Below are positions 9,271 to 19,236 of a stretch of DNA of 64,000 bases, in pieces. The first letter of the stretch is position 1; each line of letters opens with the position of its first letter. Both the position numbers and the translations under genes were made by a program. Source of the stretch: Alphaproteobacteria bacterium (lineage in GTDB: Bacteria > Pseudomonadota > Alphaproteobacteria > UBA6615). Location of the stretch: positions 131,854-195,853 of the forward strand of contig JBDXCV010000009.1 in NCBI GenBank assembly GCA_039980135.1, read 5' to 3'. A model generated the notes under the pieces. It was given only the letters and a program-made list of their open reading frames with translations. It was not told the DNA's origin and did not search any database.

Positions 9271-10659
9271 ATGTCAGATAGCACTCAAACACATATCAGA
9301 CCCGCCGCAATCGCGGGGACGTTCTACCCCGCCGAGCCCGACGCGCTCACGCGCATGGTCGATGCCTGCATGGCCGGCGCACGGGACAACGGGCTGGCGC
9401 CCAAGGCGCTGATCGCGCCCCATGCGGGCTATATCTATTCCGGGCCCATCGCGGCCAGCGCCTACCAAACCGTCGCCGACCGGGCGGGCGAGATCAGCCG
9501 GGTCGTGCTGCTCGGCCCGCCCCACAAGGTGGCGGTGCGAAAATTCTGCGTGCCGTCCGCGCATGCATTCCGCACGCCGCTGGGAGATGTGCCCATCGAT
9601 TCGGCCGGCATCGCGACGGCCCTGACGGTGCCGGGTGTCGAGCAATCGGACATCCCCCATGCCGAGGAACACAGCCTGGAGATCCACCTGCCCTTCCTGC
9701 AGCGGGTGCTCGGGGATTTCACACTGGTCCCGGTGATCGTCGGCGGGCCATCACCCGACGAGACCGACGCGCTGCTCAAGGCGCTGTGGGGCGGCCCGGA
9801 GACCCTTGTGCTGATCAGCTCGGACCTCAGCCACTACCACGACTATGACGCGGCCAACCGGCTCGATCAGGGATTCCGGCGGTCCATCGAGACACTCAGC
9901 CCCGACAAGATCGAGGACGAACAGGCCTGCGGGCGGTTCCCGGTCAAGGGTCTGCTCGCGCGCGCCCACGCGCTCGACCTGCGGGTCACGACGCTGGACG
10001 TCCGCAATTCCGGCGACACCGGCGGGCGCGACCATCGCGACCGCGTGGTTGGGTATGGCGCCTGGGCGCTGGAATACGCGTCCACCGCCCGCCTGCCCGA
10101 CGACGACCGGGCCATGCTGATCGATGGCACGAAACGCTCCATCGCCAACGGGCTGCGCACCGGGCGCCCGGCCGAGGTGCAGCATGGCAGCTTTTCGCCG
10201 GCACTGGAGACCTACCGCGCCGCCTTCGTGACGCTGACGCTCAATGAAAGGTTGCGCGGCTGCGTCGGCAGCATCCTGCCGCACCGCTCGCTGATCGCCG
10301 ACGTGGCCGGGAACGGTTACAAGGCGGCCTTCGGCGACCCGCGATTTCCGAAGCTGACAGCCGAGGAAGCCGCGATGATGGATGTCTCGGTCTCGATCCT
10401 GTCCCACCCGCGACCGATCGCGTTTGCCTCCGAGGCCGAGGCGGTCGACGCGCTCCAGCCCGATGTCGACGGGGTGATCCTGCAGGCAACGGACGCGGAC
10501 GGGCACACGCGACGCGGCTTGTTCCTGCCCCAGGTCTGGGCGCAGGTGCCCGCGGCGGATCAGTTCCTGCGCCACCTGAAGGCCAAGGCAGGACTGCCGC
10601 AGGACCATTGGGACGATTCGATCCGCCTGTGGCGCTACACCACCGAGACGTTCCACTAG
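9271..10659 (+). CDS. fused AmmeMemoRadiSam system protein B (MEMO1-like) and protein A (AMMECR1 domain)
   Basis: The N-terminal ~270 aa match the MEMO1 family (AGTFYPAEP…APHAGYIYSG…HSLEIHLPFLQ). The C-terminal ~180 aa match AMMECR1 (RGCVGSILPHRSL…). The cognate radical SAM gene lies at 12302–13429 on the opposite strand. Confidence 0.8.
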   Translation: MSDSTQTHIRPAAIAGTFYPAEPDALTRMVDACMAGARDNGLAPKALIAPHAGYIYSGPIAASAYQTVADRAGEISRVVLLGPPHKVAVRKFCVPSAHAFRTPLGDVPIDSAGIATALTVPGVEQSDIPHAEEHSLEIHLPFLQRVLGDFTLVPVIVGGPSPDETDALLKALWGGPETLVLISSDLSHYHDYDAANRLDQGFRRSIETLSPDKIEDEQACGRFPVKGLLARAHALDLRVTTLDVRNSGDTGGRDHRDRVVGYGAWALEYASTARLPDDDRAMLIDGTKRSIANGLRTGRPAEVQHGSFSPALETYRAAFVTLTLNERLRGCVGSILPHRSLIADVAGNGYKAAFGDPRFPKLTAEEAAMMDVSVSILSHPRPIAFASEAEAVDALQPDVDGVILQATDADGHTRRGLFLPQVWAQVPAADQFLRHLKAKAGLPQDHWDDSIRLWRYTTETFH

Positions 10660-10673
10660 TATCCAAAAGAACA

Positions 10674-10841
10674 TGTCATGACCGGACTTGATCCGCGTAT
10701 CTCGAGACACCCTCATGGTTCGCTTGTCGTCGTATGGGGGTGAACGGACGGGTCGCAGACCCGCCCCTACATTGTGCTGCGGTGTTCCGTAGGAGCGGGT
10801 TTCAAACCCGCCCGTAAGCCACAGCACGTCCGGGCATGACG
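10674..10841. repeat. composite family A element carrying two internal family B (GGGCGGG-stem) hairpins
   Basis: Left unit TGTCATGACCGGACTTGATCCGCGTATCTC. Right terminal GTCCGGGCATGACG. Internal hairpins at 10745–10770 and 10791–10815. Confidence 0.7.
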
Positions 10842-10911
10842 CTATGATTGGTTGCCCGAACACGGATCACACCGCTAGGATTCCACCTCAATTCAGGCTG
10901 GGGGCCTTCAT

Positions 10912-12183
10912 ATGAGTGACGTGACGGAAGCACGCAACCGCCGCAAGGTGATCGCCGCCGGTATCACCGGCAATGTTCTGGAATGGTACGACTTTGCGGT
11001 TTACGGCTTCTACGCGCCGATCATCGGCCGGCTGTTCTTCCCCTCCGACGACCCGACCGTCTCGCTGATCGCCTCCTTCGGCGCGTTCGCCGCCGGGTTC
11101 ATGATGCGCCCGATCGGCGGTTTCGTGTTCGGCTATATCGGCGACAAGATCGGCCGCAAACGCGCGCTCGTGCTGTCCGTCATGCTGATGGCGATCCCCA
11201 CCGGCGTGATCGGCATCCTGCCCGACCACGCCACCATTGGTGTCGCCGCGGCCTTCCTCATGGTGGCGATGCGCATGCTCCAGGGCCTGTCGGTCGGCGG
11301 CGAATACACCGGCTCGATCGTCTATCTGGCCGAGCATTCCCCGACCCGTCGCCGCGGCTTCTTCACCAGCTGGACGCTATTCGGCGCGGTCGGCGGCATC
11401 CTGCTCGGCTCGGGCGTCAGCGCGCTGGTCAGCGAATTCATGTCGGCCGAAGACGTCTCGGCCTGGGGCTGGCGCCTGCCGTTTTTGGGCGGCATCCTGG
11501 TCGGCGTGGTCGGCCTGGTGATCCGCCGTCACCTGCCGGACATGCCCGAGGACGACGCGGCCGACAAACCGAAGAACCCGGTCATCGAGGCGCTGACAAC
11601 CCAGTGGCAGGCCATGCTCAAGGTCATCGGCTTCAACATCATCAACGCCGTCGGCTTCTACATGATGTTCGTCTATGTGGTGACCTGGCTGATCAAGCAG
11701 GTGAAGGAGCCGCGCTCCGACGCGCTCGACATCAACACCATCTCCATGGCTGTTCTGCTGGTGCTGATCCCGCTGTTCGGCGCCTTGTCCGACCGGATCG
11801 GCCGCAAGCCGCTGCTGATGTTCGGCGCGGGCGGTATCGCCCTTCTCGGCTACCCGCTGATCTGGCTGATGCACCATCCGGACTTCGAGATGATCCTCGC
11901 CGGACAACTCGGCTTCGCGGTGCTGATCGGCGCCTATTTCGGCGGCGCGCCGGCGGCCCTGACGGAGATGTTCCCGCGCCGGGTCCGGGTGAGCGCGCTG
12001 TCGGTCGGCTACAATGTGGGGCTTGCCATCTTCGGCGGCACGACGCCGCTGGTCGCGACCTGGCTCATCGCCCGGTCCCACAACGATCTATCGATCGCCT
12101 GGTACCTGATCGCCTGCGCGGTCGTGTCGTTCGCCGTGGTGCTGACCCTGAAGGAGACGGCGGGCAAACCGCTGCCGGATTAG
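10912..12183 (+). CDS. MFS transporter, metabolite:H+ symporter (MHS/ProP-KgtP-like) family
   Basis: 423 aa with about 12 TM segments. Carries an MHS signature region (WYDFAVYGFYA…GDKIGRKR). Confidence 0.8.
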   Translation: MSDVTEARNRRKVIAAGITGNVLEWYDFAVYGFYAPIIGRLFFPSDDPTVSLIASFGAFAAGFMMRPIGGFVFGYIGDKIGRKRALVLSVMLMAIPTGVIGILPDHATIGVAAAFLMVAMRMLQGLSVGGEYTGSIVYLAEHSPTRRRGFFTSWTLFGAVGGILLGSGVSALVSEFMSAEDVSAWGWRLPFLGGILVGVVGLVIRRHLPDMPEDDAADKPKNPVIEALTTQWQAMLKVIGFNIINAVGFYMMFVYVVTWLIKQVKEPRSDALDINTISMAVLLVLIPLFGALSDRIGRKPLLMFGAGGIALLGYPLIWLMHHPDFEMILAGQLGFAVLIGAYFGGAPAALTEMFPRRVRVSALSVGYNVGLAIFGGTTPLVATWLIARSHNDLSIAWYLIACAVVSFAVVLTLKETAGKPLPD

Positions 12184-12202
12184 AAGCCCACCCAATGATT
12201 AT

Positions 12203-12294
12203 CGTCATGCCCGCGCAGGCGGGCATCCATAAACGCCACAGCCAGCCGGGTGAACCGCCTGTGATTATGGGTCCCCGCCTTCGCGGGGACGACG
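12203..12294. repeat. divergent family A-like element
   Basis: CGTCATGCCCGCGCAGGCGGGCAT … GGTCCCCGCCTTCGCGGGGACGACG. Same CGTCATG/…GACG termini and the same hairpin-arm logic. Confidence 0.55.
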
Positions 12295-12301
12295 AGTTGG
12301 G

Positions 12302-13429
12302 CTAGCTCCGCAGCTCCACCGGCTTGCGCTTGCGGCCCCAGTTCCCTGGTGCGGCGTCGAACACGCCGGGGATACGCGTCCCGCAGTTCGCACACGCTCC
12401 GCCGGTGTTCCCCACCGGGGTGATGTTCCACTCGCTGAGTTCGTACCACTCGCGGCCGATCGTCCGCGCCGCGCAGTTCGGGCAGTAGCTGCTCTGCCGG
12501 CCCTTGTCGTGGACATTGCCGGTGTAGACATAGTTCACCCCGGCTTCGAGCGCGATCCGGCGCGCCCGGGCCAGCGTTTCGTGAGGCGTGGCCGGCGTGT
12601 CCATCATCTTCCAGTCGGGATGAAAGGCCGAGAAATGCACCGGCACATCGGGGCCGAGATTCTCGACGATCCAGGCGGACATCGCCGCCAGTTCCGCCGG
12701 GTCGTCATTCTGGCCGGGGATGATCAGGTTGGTGATCTCGAGCCAGCAATCGGTCTCGTGGCGGATATAGACCAGCGTGTCGAGCACATCGGCGAGCGAG
12801 GCAGTGCAGAGCTGCTGGTAGAAATCCTCGGTGAAACCCTTTAGGTCCACATTCGCCGCATCCATCTGGTGGAAAAACTCCGCTCGGGGTTCGGGCGTGA
12901 TGTAGCCCGCCGTCACCGCGACCGTGCGTACGCCGACCTCGCGGCAGGCCTGGGCCACGTCGACGGCGTATTCGAGGAAGATCACCGGGTCGTTGTAGGT
13001 AAACGCAACCGACCGGCAGCCATGCTCGGCCGCCGCTTTCGCAATCGCCGCGGGCATCGCCTGATCGGCCAGGGTATCGAATTCCCGGCTCTTGGAGATG
13101 TCCCAGTTCTGGCAGAATTTGCACGTCAGGTTGCAGCCTGCCGTGCCGAAGCTCAGGACCGGCGTGCCCGGCAGAAAATGGTTGAGCGGCTTCTTCTCGA
13201 TCGGATCGATGCAATAGCCCGAGGAGCGGCCATAGGTCGTGAGCACGATCTGATCGTCTTCGCGTGCGCGCACAAAACACAGCCCGCGCTGTCCGTCGTT
13301 CAGCTTGCAGAAACGCGGGCACAGATCGCACTGGATGCGTCCGTCGTCGAGCGGATGCCAGTAGCGCCCGGGGAAATCACCCGGGGCGTCCCCGGATTCT
13401 GGTGTTCTCTGTTCGCTTTCTGCGGCCAT
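12302..13429 (-). CDS. AmmeMemoRadiSam system radical SAM enzyme
   Basis: CxxxCxxC cluster (CDLCPRFC) followed by a radical SAM core and a glycine-rich motif (SFGTAGCNLTCKFCQN), typical of the PFL-activase-like family. The ORF track extends to 13492. The nearest ATG in frame is at 13429. Confidence 0.8.
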   Translation of the reverse strand: MAAESEQRTPESGDAPGDFPGRYWHPLDDGRIQCDLCPRFCKLNDGQRGLCFVRAREDDQIVLTTYGRSSGYCIDPIEKKPLNHFLPGTPVLSFGTAGCNLTCKFCQNWDISKSREFDTLADQAMPAAIAKAAAEHGCRSVAFTYNDPVIFLEYAVDVAQACREVGVRTVAVTAGYITPEPRAEFFHQMDAANVDLKGFTEDFYQQLCTASLADVLDTLVYIRHETDCWLEITNLIIPGQNDDPAELAAMSAWIVENLGPDVPVHFSAFHPDWKMMDTPATPHETLARARRIALEAGVNYVYTGNVHDKGRQSSYCPNCAARTIGREWYELSEWNITPVGNTGGACANCGTRIPGVFDAAPGNWGRKRKPVELRS

Positions 13430-13546
13430 CACGGGCAAAGAATAACAGAGTATTTGCGCCGGAGGGCTTGGTCTCGACGGATCAAGTCGCATATCATCCT
13501 CGCAACGTATTCATACATTCAGATCAAGCCTCCAAGAGGACCTCTC

Positions 13547-15883
13547 ATGGGCCAGTTCGGCATCGGTCAATCCGTCACGCGTATCGAAGACCTCCGGCTC
13601 CTGACCGGCGGCGGCACCTACGCGGATAATGTGCAGCTCGACAATGAGAGCCATGCCTTCGTGCTGCGCTCCCCCCACGCCCATGCCGAGCTCGGCGCGA
13701 TCGATACGGCCGCCGCAGAAACGGCACCCGGCGTGCTTCTGGTACTCACGGGCGCGGATCTGGCGGGCGACAACATCAGCCCCATGCCGTGCATGTTCCC
13801 GGTCACCAACCTTGATGAAACCGACAACGTGAAGCCCGAGCGGCCGCTTCTGGCCCAGGGCAAGGTCCGTCATGTCGGCCAGCCGGTGGCGCTCATCGTG
13901 GCAGAAACGCTCGATCAGGCGCGTGACGCCGCCGATCTGATCGAAGTCGACTACACCCCGCTCGCCGCTTCGACCGACACCTTCCGCACGACCCAGGACG
14001 GGGCGGCGCAAATTCACGACGACGCGCCGAACAACATCTGCTTCGACTGGGGCAAGGGCGATCAGGCGGCCACCGAGGCGGCGTTTGCCAAGGCCGCCCA
14101 TGTCACCACGCTGGAGCTGACGAACAACCGGATCATCGTCAATCCGATGGAGCCGCGCGCGGCCATCTGCGACTACGACACCGCGAGCGACCGGCTGACC
14201 CTCTACACCTCGTCGCAGGGTACCCATGTCATCCGCGACGCGCTGGCCGGCAGCATCCTCAACATCGACAAGGAACGGCTGCGGGTCGTCACCGGCGACG
14301 TCGGGGGCGGTTTCGGCATGAAGATTTTCCCCCATCCCGAGCAGCCGCTCGTGACCTGGGCCGCCATGAAACTTAAGCGTGCCGTGCGCTGGACGTCGGA
14401 ACGCAGCGAGGGCTTCCTGTCGGATATCCAGGGCCGCGACCATGTCACCAAGGCCGAGGTGGCCTGCGATGGCGACGGCAGGTTCCTCGGGCTGCGGGTC
14501 ACGACCTACGCCAATCTCGGGGCCTACCTGTCCCATTTCGGCACCTACATACCCACCGAGGCCGGCACGACGATGCTCAACGGCCTGTACGCCTTCCCGG
14601 CGGTCTGGGCCAACGTGAAGGGCGTGTTCTCCAACACCGTGCCGACAGACGCCTATCGGGGCGCCGGCCGTCCCGAGGCGATCTACTGCATCGAGCGCCT
14701 GGTAGACAAATGTGCGCGCGAGCTTGGCCTGTCGCCCGACGAAATCCGGCGGCGCAACTTCATCCGGCCCGACAAGCTTCCGTTCGAAACCGCCTTCGGT
14801 GAGATCTATGACAGCGGCAATTTCACCGCGATCATGGAAGAAGGCATGAAGCAGGCCGACTGGGCGGGTTTCCCGGCACGCAAGGCCGAGAGTGCCAGGC
14901 AGGGCAAGCTGCGCGGCATCGGCATGGCGACCTATGTGGAGAAATGCGGCGGCGGCAATGCCGAAGTTGCCGATGTGCGCATCGATTCCGACAACGAAAT
15001 CATCACCTTCTACATCGGCACCATGTCGAATGGGCAGGGCCACGACACATCCTACAAGCAGATCATGTCCGACCGGCTGGGCATCGACACCGACCAGATG
15101 GTCATGGTGCAGGGCGACAGCGATATCGTGCCGCCGGGCCTGACCGGCGGATCGCGTTCGGTCACGGTCGGCGGCGTCGCCGTCGCCAAGTCGTCGGAGG
15201 AAATCATCGAGAAGGGCCGCGCGGTCTCGGCGCACATGATGGAGGCCGCCGAGGCCGACATCGAATATGCCGCCGGCACCTTCCGCGTGGCCGGTACGGA
15301 CCGGACCATGTCCCTGTTCGAGGTCGCCAGGGCAGCAAACGACCCGGCGAACCTGCCGGACGACATGGAACCGGGGCTCGATACGTCCGTCTCCCACACG
15401 CCCGATGCGGCGACCTTCCCCAACGGCTGCCATATCTGCGAGATCGAGATCGATCCGGACACGGGCATCCCGGAAATCCAGCGCTACACCGTGGTCGATG
15501 ATTTCGGCGACACGATCAACCCATTGCTGATCGAGGGCCAGGTGCATGGCGGGGTCGTGCAGGGCGTCGGACAGGCGCTGCACGAGCACACGATCTATGA
15601 CGAAGAGTCGGGCCAGCTCGTCTCGGGCTCGTTCATGGATTACCGCATGCCGCGCGCCGATGACGTGCCCCGGTTCGCGTTTTCCATGCGTAACGAGAAG
15701 TGCACGACCAACCCGCTGGGCATCAAGGGCACCGGCGAGGCCGGCGCCATCGGCGCCCCGCCGGCCGCGATCAGCGCCATCGTCGATGCATTGTCGAGCG
15801 ATGGCGGGTTCCCCGATGTGGACATGCCGGCGACGCCGGACGTCATCTGGGCGCTTGCCAACCGACCGCTCGCGGCCGAGTAG
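13547..15883 (+). CDS. xanthine dehydrogenase-family molybdopterin-binding subunit (CoxL/aldehyde oxidase-like large subunit)
   Basis: MGQFGIGQSVTRIEDLRLLTG is the canonical N-terminus of Mo-hydroxylase large subunits. Start at ATG 13547 behind AAGAGGA. The ORF-track start at 12869 is an antisense read-through of the radical SAM gene. Confidence 0.85.
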   Translation: MGQFGIGQSVTRIEDLRLLTGGGTYADNVQLDNESHAFVLRSPHAHAELGAIDTAAAETAPGVLLVLTGADLAGDNISPMPCMFPVTNLDETDNVKPERPLLAQGKVRHVGQPVALIVAETLDQARDAADLIEVDYTPLAASTDTFRTTQDGAAQIHDDAPNNICFDWGKGDQAATEAAFAKAAHVTTLELTNNRIIVNPMEPRAAICDYDTASDRLTLYTSSQGTHVIRDALAGSILNIDKERLRVVTGDVGGGFGMKIFPHPEQPLVTWAAMKLKRAVRWTSERSEGFLSDIQGRDHVTKAEVACDGDGRFLGLRVTTYANLGAYLSHFGTYIPTEAGTTMLNGLYAFPAVWANVKGVFSNTVPTDAYRGAGRPEAIYCIERLVDKCARELGLSPDEIRRRNFIRPDKLPFETAFGEIYDSGNFTAIMEEGMKQADWAGFPARKAESARQGKLRGIGMATYVEKCGGGNAEVADVRIDSDNEIITFYIGTMSNGQGHDTSYKQIMSDRLGIDTDQMVMVQGDSDIVPPGLTGGSRSVTVGGVAVAKSSEEIIEKGRAVSAHMMEAAEADIEYAAGTFRVAGTDRTMSLFEVARAANDPANLPDDMEPGLDTSVSHTPDAATFPNGCHICEIEIDPDTGIPEIQRYTVVDDFGDTINPLLIEGQVHGGVVQGVGQALHEHTIYDEESGQLVSGSFMDYRMPRADDVPRFAFSMRNEKCTTNPLGIKGTGEAGAIGAPPAAISAIVDALSSDGGFPDVDMPATPDVIWALANRPLAAE

Positions 15884-15933
15884 CACCCACGCCGACGCCA
15901 ACCGCACAACACCGAACACCGGAAAGACAAATC

Positions 15934-16719
15934 ATGACTTCTGACCCGGCGCGCCTGATCCCCGCGGTTCGCGACCTCGCCTACGCGGCGGGAGACGCGA
16001 TCCTCGAAATATACGGCACCGATTTCGACAGCACCCGCAAGGATGACGGCTCCCCCCTGACCCTGGCCGACACGGCCTCCGAGTCCATCATCGTCCCCGG
16101 CCTGCGCGCACTCACACCCGAGATTCCTGTGATCTCCGAGGAAGAATTCGCCAACGGCGAGAGCCCGACGGATATCGGCGACCGGTTCTGGCTCGTGGAC
16201 CCCCTCGACGGCACCCGGGAGTTCCTCAAGCGTAACGACGAGTTCACGGTCAATATCGGTCTGGTCGATGGCGGCGTGCCCCGCGTGGGCATTCTCTACG
16301 CGCCCGCCCTCGACCTGATGTATGCCGGGGCCACCGGCGTAGGCGCGACCCTGATCGAAGGCCAAGACGGGGCGCGCGGCGAAGAACACGCCATCAGCTG
16401 TCGCGAAATTCCTGACGAAGGCATGGATGTGCTGGTCAGCCGCTCCCACGCGGTCAACGACAAGCTCGAGGCCTATCTGGCCGACATGAACGTCCGGAAC
16501 CGTGTCCCCCAGGGCAGCGCCCTGAAGTTCGGGCGTCTGGCCGCCGGCGAGGCGGATATCTACCCCCGCTTCGGCCCGACCTGTGAATGGGACACGGGCG
16601 CGGGACACGCGATCGTGCTCGCCGCCGGCGGATCGCTCGAGACATTCGACGGCACGCCGCTGCCCTACAGCAAGCCCAAATATCTCAACCCCGGCTTCGT
16701 CGCGTTCGGCCGCCGCTGA
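15934..16719 (+). CDS. cysQ: 3'(2'),5'-bisphosphate nucleotidase (inositol monophosphatase family)
   Basis: Metal-binding motifs of the IMPase/CysQ family (WLVDPLDGTREF, ISEEE). ATG at 15934. Confidence 0.85.
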   Translation: MTSDPARLIPAVRDLAYAAGDAILEIYGTDFDSTRKDDGSPLTLADTASESIIVPGLRALTPEIPVISEEEFANGESPTDIGDRFWLVDPLDGTREFLKRNDEFTVNIGLVDGGVPRVGILYAPALDLMYAGATGVGATLIEGQDGARGEEHAISCREIPDEGMDVLVSRSHAVNDKLEAYLADMNVRNRVPQGSALKFGRLAAGEADIYPRFGPTCEWDTGAGHAIVLAAGGSLETFDGTPLPYSKPKYLNPGFVAFGRR

Positions 16720-16731
16720 GACGCCCCGGCT

Positions 16732-17697
16732 GTGGATCGCATCGAACCGGCGAATGACGATACGCTCAAAAGCGCCGCGAACAGGCTGCGCGAAGGCGGT
16801 CTCGTCGCGTTCCCGACCGAGACGGTCTATGGGCTGGGCGCCGACGCGCGTAACGACGACGCCGTTGCGCGTATTTTTGCCGCGAAAGAACGGCCGAGCT
16901 TCAACCCGCTGATCGTGCATGTCGAGGGACTTGCCACCGCGCGCGCACTCGGCGAGATCAACGAACCCGCCGCCACCCTCGCCGCGCACTTCTGGCCGGG
17001 ACCCATCAGCTTCGTCGTCCCGCGGCTACCGGATTCCGGCCTGTCATTTCTGGTGAGCGCCGGCCTGGACACGGTCGCGCTGCGCGCGCCGGCCCATCCG
17101 CTTTCCCGCGATCTGCTCGCGCGTTTCGGTGGCCCCATTGCCGCCCCCAGCGCCAACCGCGCGGGCGAAGTCAGTCCGACATCGGCAGCTCATGTGGCGG
17201 ACTCCCTCGGCGACGCGCCGGATCTAATCATGGACGGCGGCCCCTGCATGGTCGGGCTCGAATCCACGGTGATCGACCTCTGCAACACACGTCCCGCGAT
17301 CCTGCGCCACGGGGCGGTGACCCGCGAACAGCTTGAAGAGATACTCGGGCCGATCGACGATGCGAGCGTGGCCGAACCCGGCACGGCGCCACGTTCGCCC
17401 GGTCAGATCGCCAAACACTACGCGCCGTCGATCCCCCTGCGGATCAACGCGACGGAAGTCAGGCCGGACGAGGCCTTCGTGTTCTTCGGTGACCCACTTG
17501 CGGGTAATGCGGCTGCCACCCGCAACCTCAGCCCGTCCGGCGACATAATCGAGGCCGCCGCCCGGCTGTTCGCGACATTGCGCGAACTCGATCGTCCGGA
17601 ATTCGCGGGAATCGCCGTGGCGCCGGTGCCTGAAACGGGTATCGGGCGGGCAATCAACGACCGCCTGCGCCGCGCCGCAACCGCGCACAAGGGTTGA
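16732..17697 (+). CDS. tsaC: L-threonylcarbamoyladenylate synthase (Sua5/YrdC family, long form)
   Basis: YrdC domain (AFPTETVYGLGADA…RPSFNPLIVHV) plus a Sua5-type C-terminal extension. GTG start. Confidence 0.85.
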   Translation: MDRIEPANDDTLKSAANRLREGGLVAFPTETVYGLGADARNDDAVARIFAAKERPSFNPLIVHVEGLATARALGEINEPAATLAAHFWPGPISFVVPRLPDSGLSFLVSAGLDTVALRAPAHPLSRDLLARFGGPIAAPSANRAGEVSPTSAAHVADSLGDAPDLIMDGGPCMVGLESTVIDLCNTRPAILRHGAVTREQLEEILGPIDDASVAEPGTAPRSPGQIAKHYAPSIPLRINATEVRPDEAFVFFGDPLAGNAAATRNLSPSGDIIEAAARLFATLRELDRPEFAGIAVAPVPETGIGRAINDRLRRAATAHKG

Positions 17698-17752
17698 GAC
17701 GAACACGACGCGCGTATTGCCCAGATCGTGCGAGAGGGCTACATCAGTCGCC

Positions 17753-19180
17753 ATGAACAAACTCGCGACAGCCCCCGGACTGCCAGACGGCCTGCTCGAC
17801 CGACTCGCCGAAATTGTCGGCGATGCCGGTATGGTCACCGACGTTTCGGACATGGAGCCCTATATCGCCGAACAGCGCGGCCTGTTTCGCGGCGAGACGC
17901 CTTGCGTGGTGCGCCCCGCCTCCACATCCGAGGTCTCGCAAGTTGTGGCGGCGTGTCACGACGCCAATGTCCCGATTGTTCCCCAGGGTGGCAACACCGG
18001 TCTTTGCGGCGGTGCCGTCGCCTCGGGCGAAGTCATCCTGAGCCTCGTCCGCATGAATAAAATCCGCGAGGTCGATCCGGTAAACTTCACCATGACCGTG
18101 GATGCGGGCTGCGTTCTGGCCAATTTGCAGGACGTTGCCGAGGAACATGACCGGTTCTTCCCGCTTAGTCTTGGTGCCGAGGGATCCTGTCAGATCGGCG
18201 GCAACCTCTCGACCAACGCCGGTGGCACGGCGGTGATCCGCTATGGCAACAGCCGCGAACTGGCGCTGGGCCTCGAAGTCGTCCTGCCCGACGGGCAGAT
18301 CTGGGACGGGCTGACCGGCCTGCGCAAGAACAACACCGGCTATGACCTGAAACATCTGTTCATCGGCGCCGAGGGCACGCTCGGGATCATCACCGGCGCG
18401 GTTCTCAAGCTGTTTCCCAAGCCACGCGTCCGCAACACGGCATTCATCGCGTTGCGCGACCTCGAAGACGTTCTCGAGGTGCTCGGCCGTGCGCGCAAGG
18501 CGAGCGGTGACGCGGTTTCGGGGTTCGAACTGATCCCCCGCCTCGCCATCGATATGTCAAAGCAACACATCGAGGGCATGTTCGAGTTCCTCGAAGGCCT
18601 CCATGAATGGTACGCGCTGATCGAGTTCGAGAGCAGCGACGAGAATTCGGATTTGGGCACGGCGATGGAGAGCCTCCTCGCCACCGCCTATGACGACGGG
18701 CTGGTCGTCGATGCCACGATCGCCCAGTCGGACGCGCAGCGCGAACAGATGTGGTTCCTGCGCGAGGCCATGGTCCTGGCCCAGAAGCCCGATGGCGCGA
18801 GCATCAAGAACGACGTGTCCGTGCCCATCTCGCGGGTCCCGCAATTCATTCGCGAGGCCAATGCCGCGACGACGGAACTCTGCCCCGGCATCCGGCATCT
18901 CGCGTTCGGCCATGTCGGCGACGGGAACGTCCATTACAATCTGGCCCAGCCGGTCGATGCCGACCCGCAGGCGTTCCTCGACCGCTGGGACGAGATCACC
19001 GGCCGGGTCATCGATATCGCGCTGTCGATGCGCGGCAGCTTTTCGGCCGAGCACGGCATCGGCAAGCTCAAGGTCCACGATCTGGCCGAGCGCAAGCCGG
19101 CCGTGGAACTGGACATGATGCGCATGATCAAGAATTCGCTCGACCCCAAGGGCCTGATGAACCCCGGCAAGGTCCTATAG
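17753..19180 (+). CDS. FAD-linked oxidase (GlcD/D-lactate/D-2-hydroxyacid dehydrogenase family)
   Basis: FAD-binding PCMH domain (PQGGNTGLCGGAV) and a C-terminal EHGIG motif. Start is either ATG 17753 or TTG 17717. Confidence 0.8.
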   Translation: MNKLATAPGLPDGLLDRLAEIVGDAGMVTDVSDMEPYIAEQRGLFRGETPCVVRPASTSEVSQVVAACHDANVPIVPQGGNTGLCGGAVASGEVILSLVRMNKIREVDPVNFTMTVDAGCVLANLQDVAEEHDRFFPLSLGAEGSCQIGGNLSTNAGGTAVIRYGNSRELALGLEVVLPDGQIWDGLTGLRKNNTGYDLKHLFIGAEGTLGIITGAVLKLFPKPRVRNTAFIALRDLEDVLEVLGRARKASGDAVSGFELIPRLAIDMSKQHIEGMFEFLEGLHEWYALIEFESSDENSDLGTAMESLLATAYDDGLVVDATIAQSDAQREQMWFLREAMVLAQKPDGASIKNDVSVPISRVPQFIREANAATTELCPGIRHLAFGHVGDGNVHYNLAQPVDADPQAFLDRWDEITGRVIDIALSMRGSFSAEHGIGKLKVHDLAERKPAVELDMMRMIKNSLDPKGLMNPGKVL

Positions 19181-19236
19181 GGCACACGCCGCGCTCTGGT
19201 TGGTCGTCGCCCCGTTCAACGCGTCTGAAGTTTACC

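Noticed and set aside
9751-10863. 370-aa minus-strand ORF opposite the AmmeMemo fusion gene
   Set aside because: Antisense shadow ORF.
10983-12305. 440-aa alternative-frame ORF overlapping the MFS transporter
   Set aside because: Arg/Pro-rich frame-shifted reading of a membrane-protein gene. No start or RBS support.
12869-13546. N-terminal 226-aa extension of the Mo-hydroxylase ORF
   Set aside because: Overlaps the radical SAM gene in antisense. A strong RBS and the canonical MGQFG N-terminus sit at 13547.
13511-15919. 802-aa minus-strand ORF antisense to the CoxL-type gene
   Set aside because: Shadow ORF in high-GC DNA. The plus-strand product has clear Mo-hydroxylase homology.
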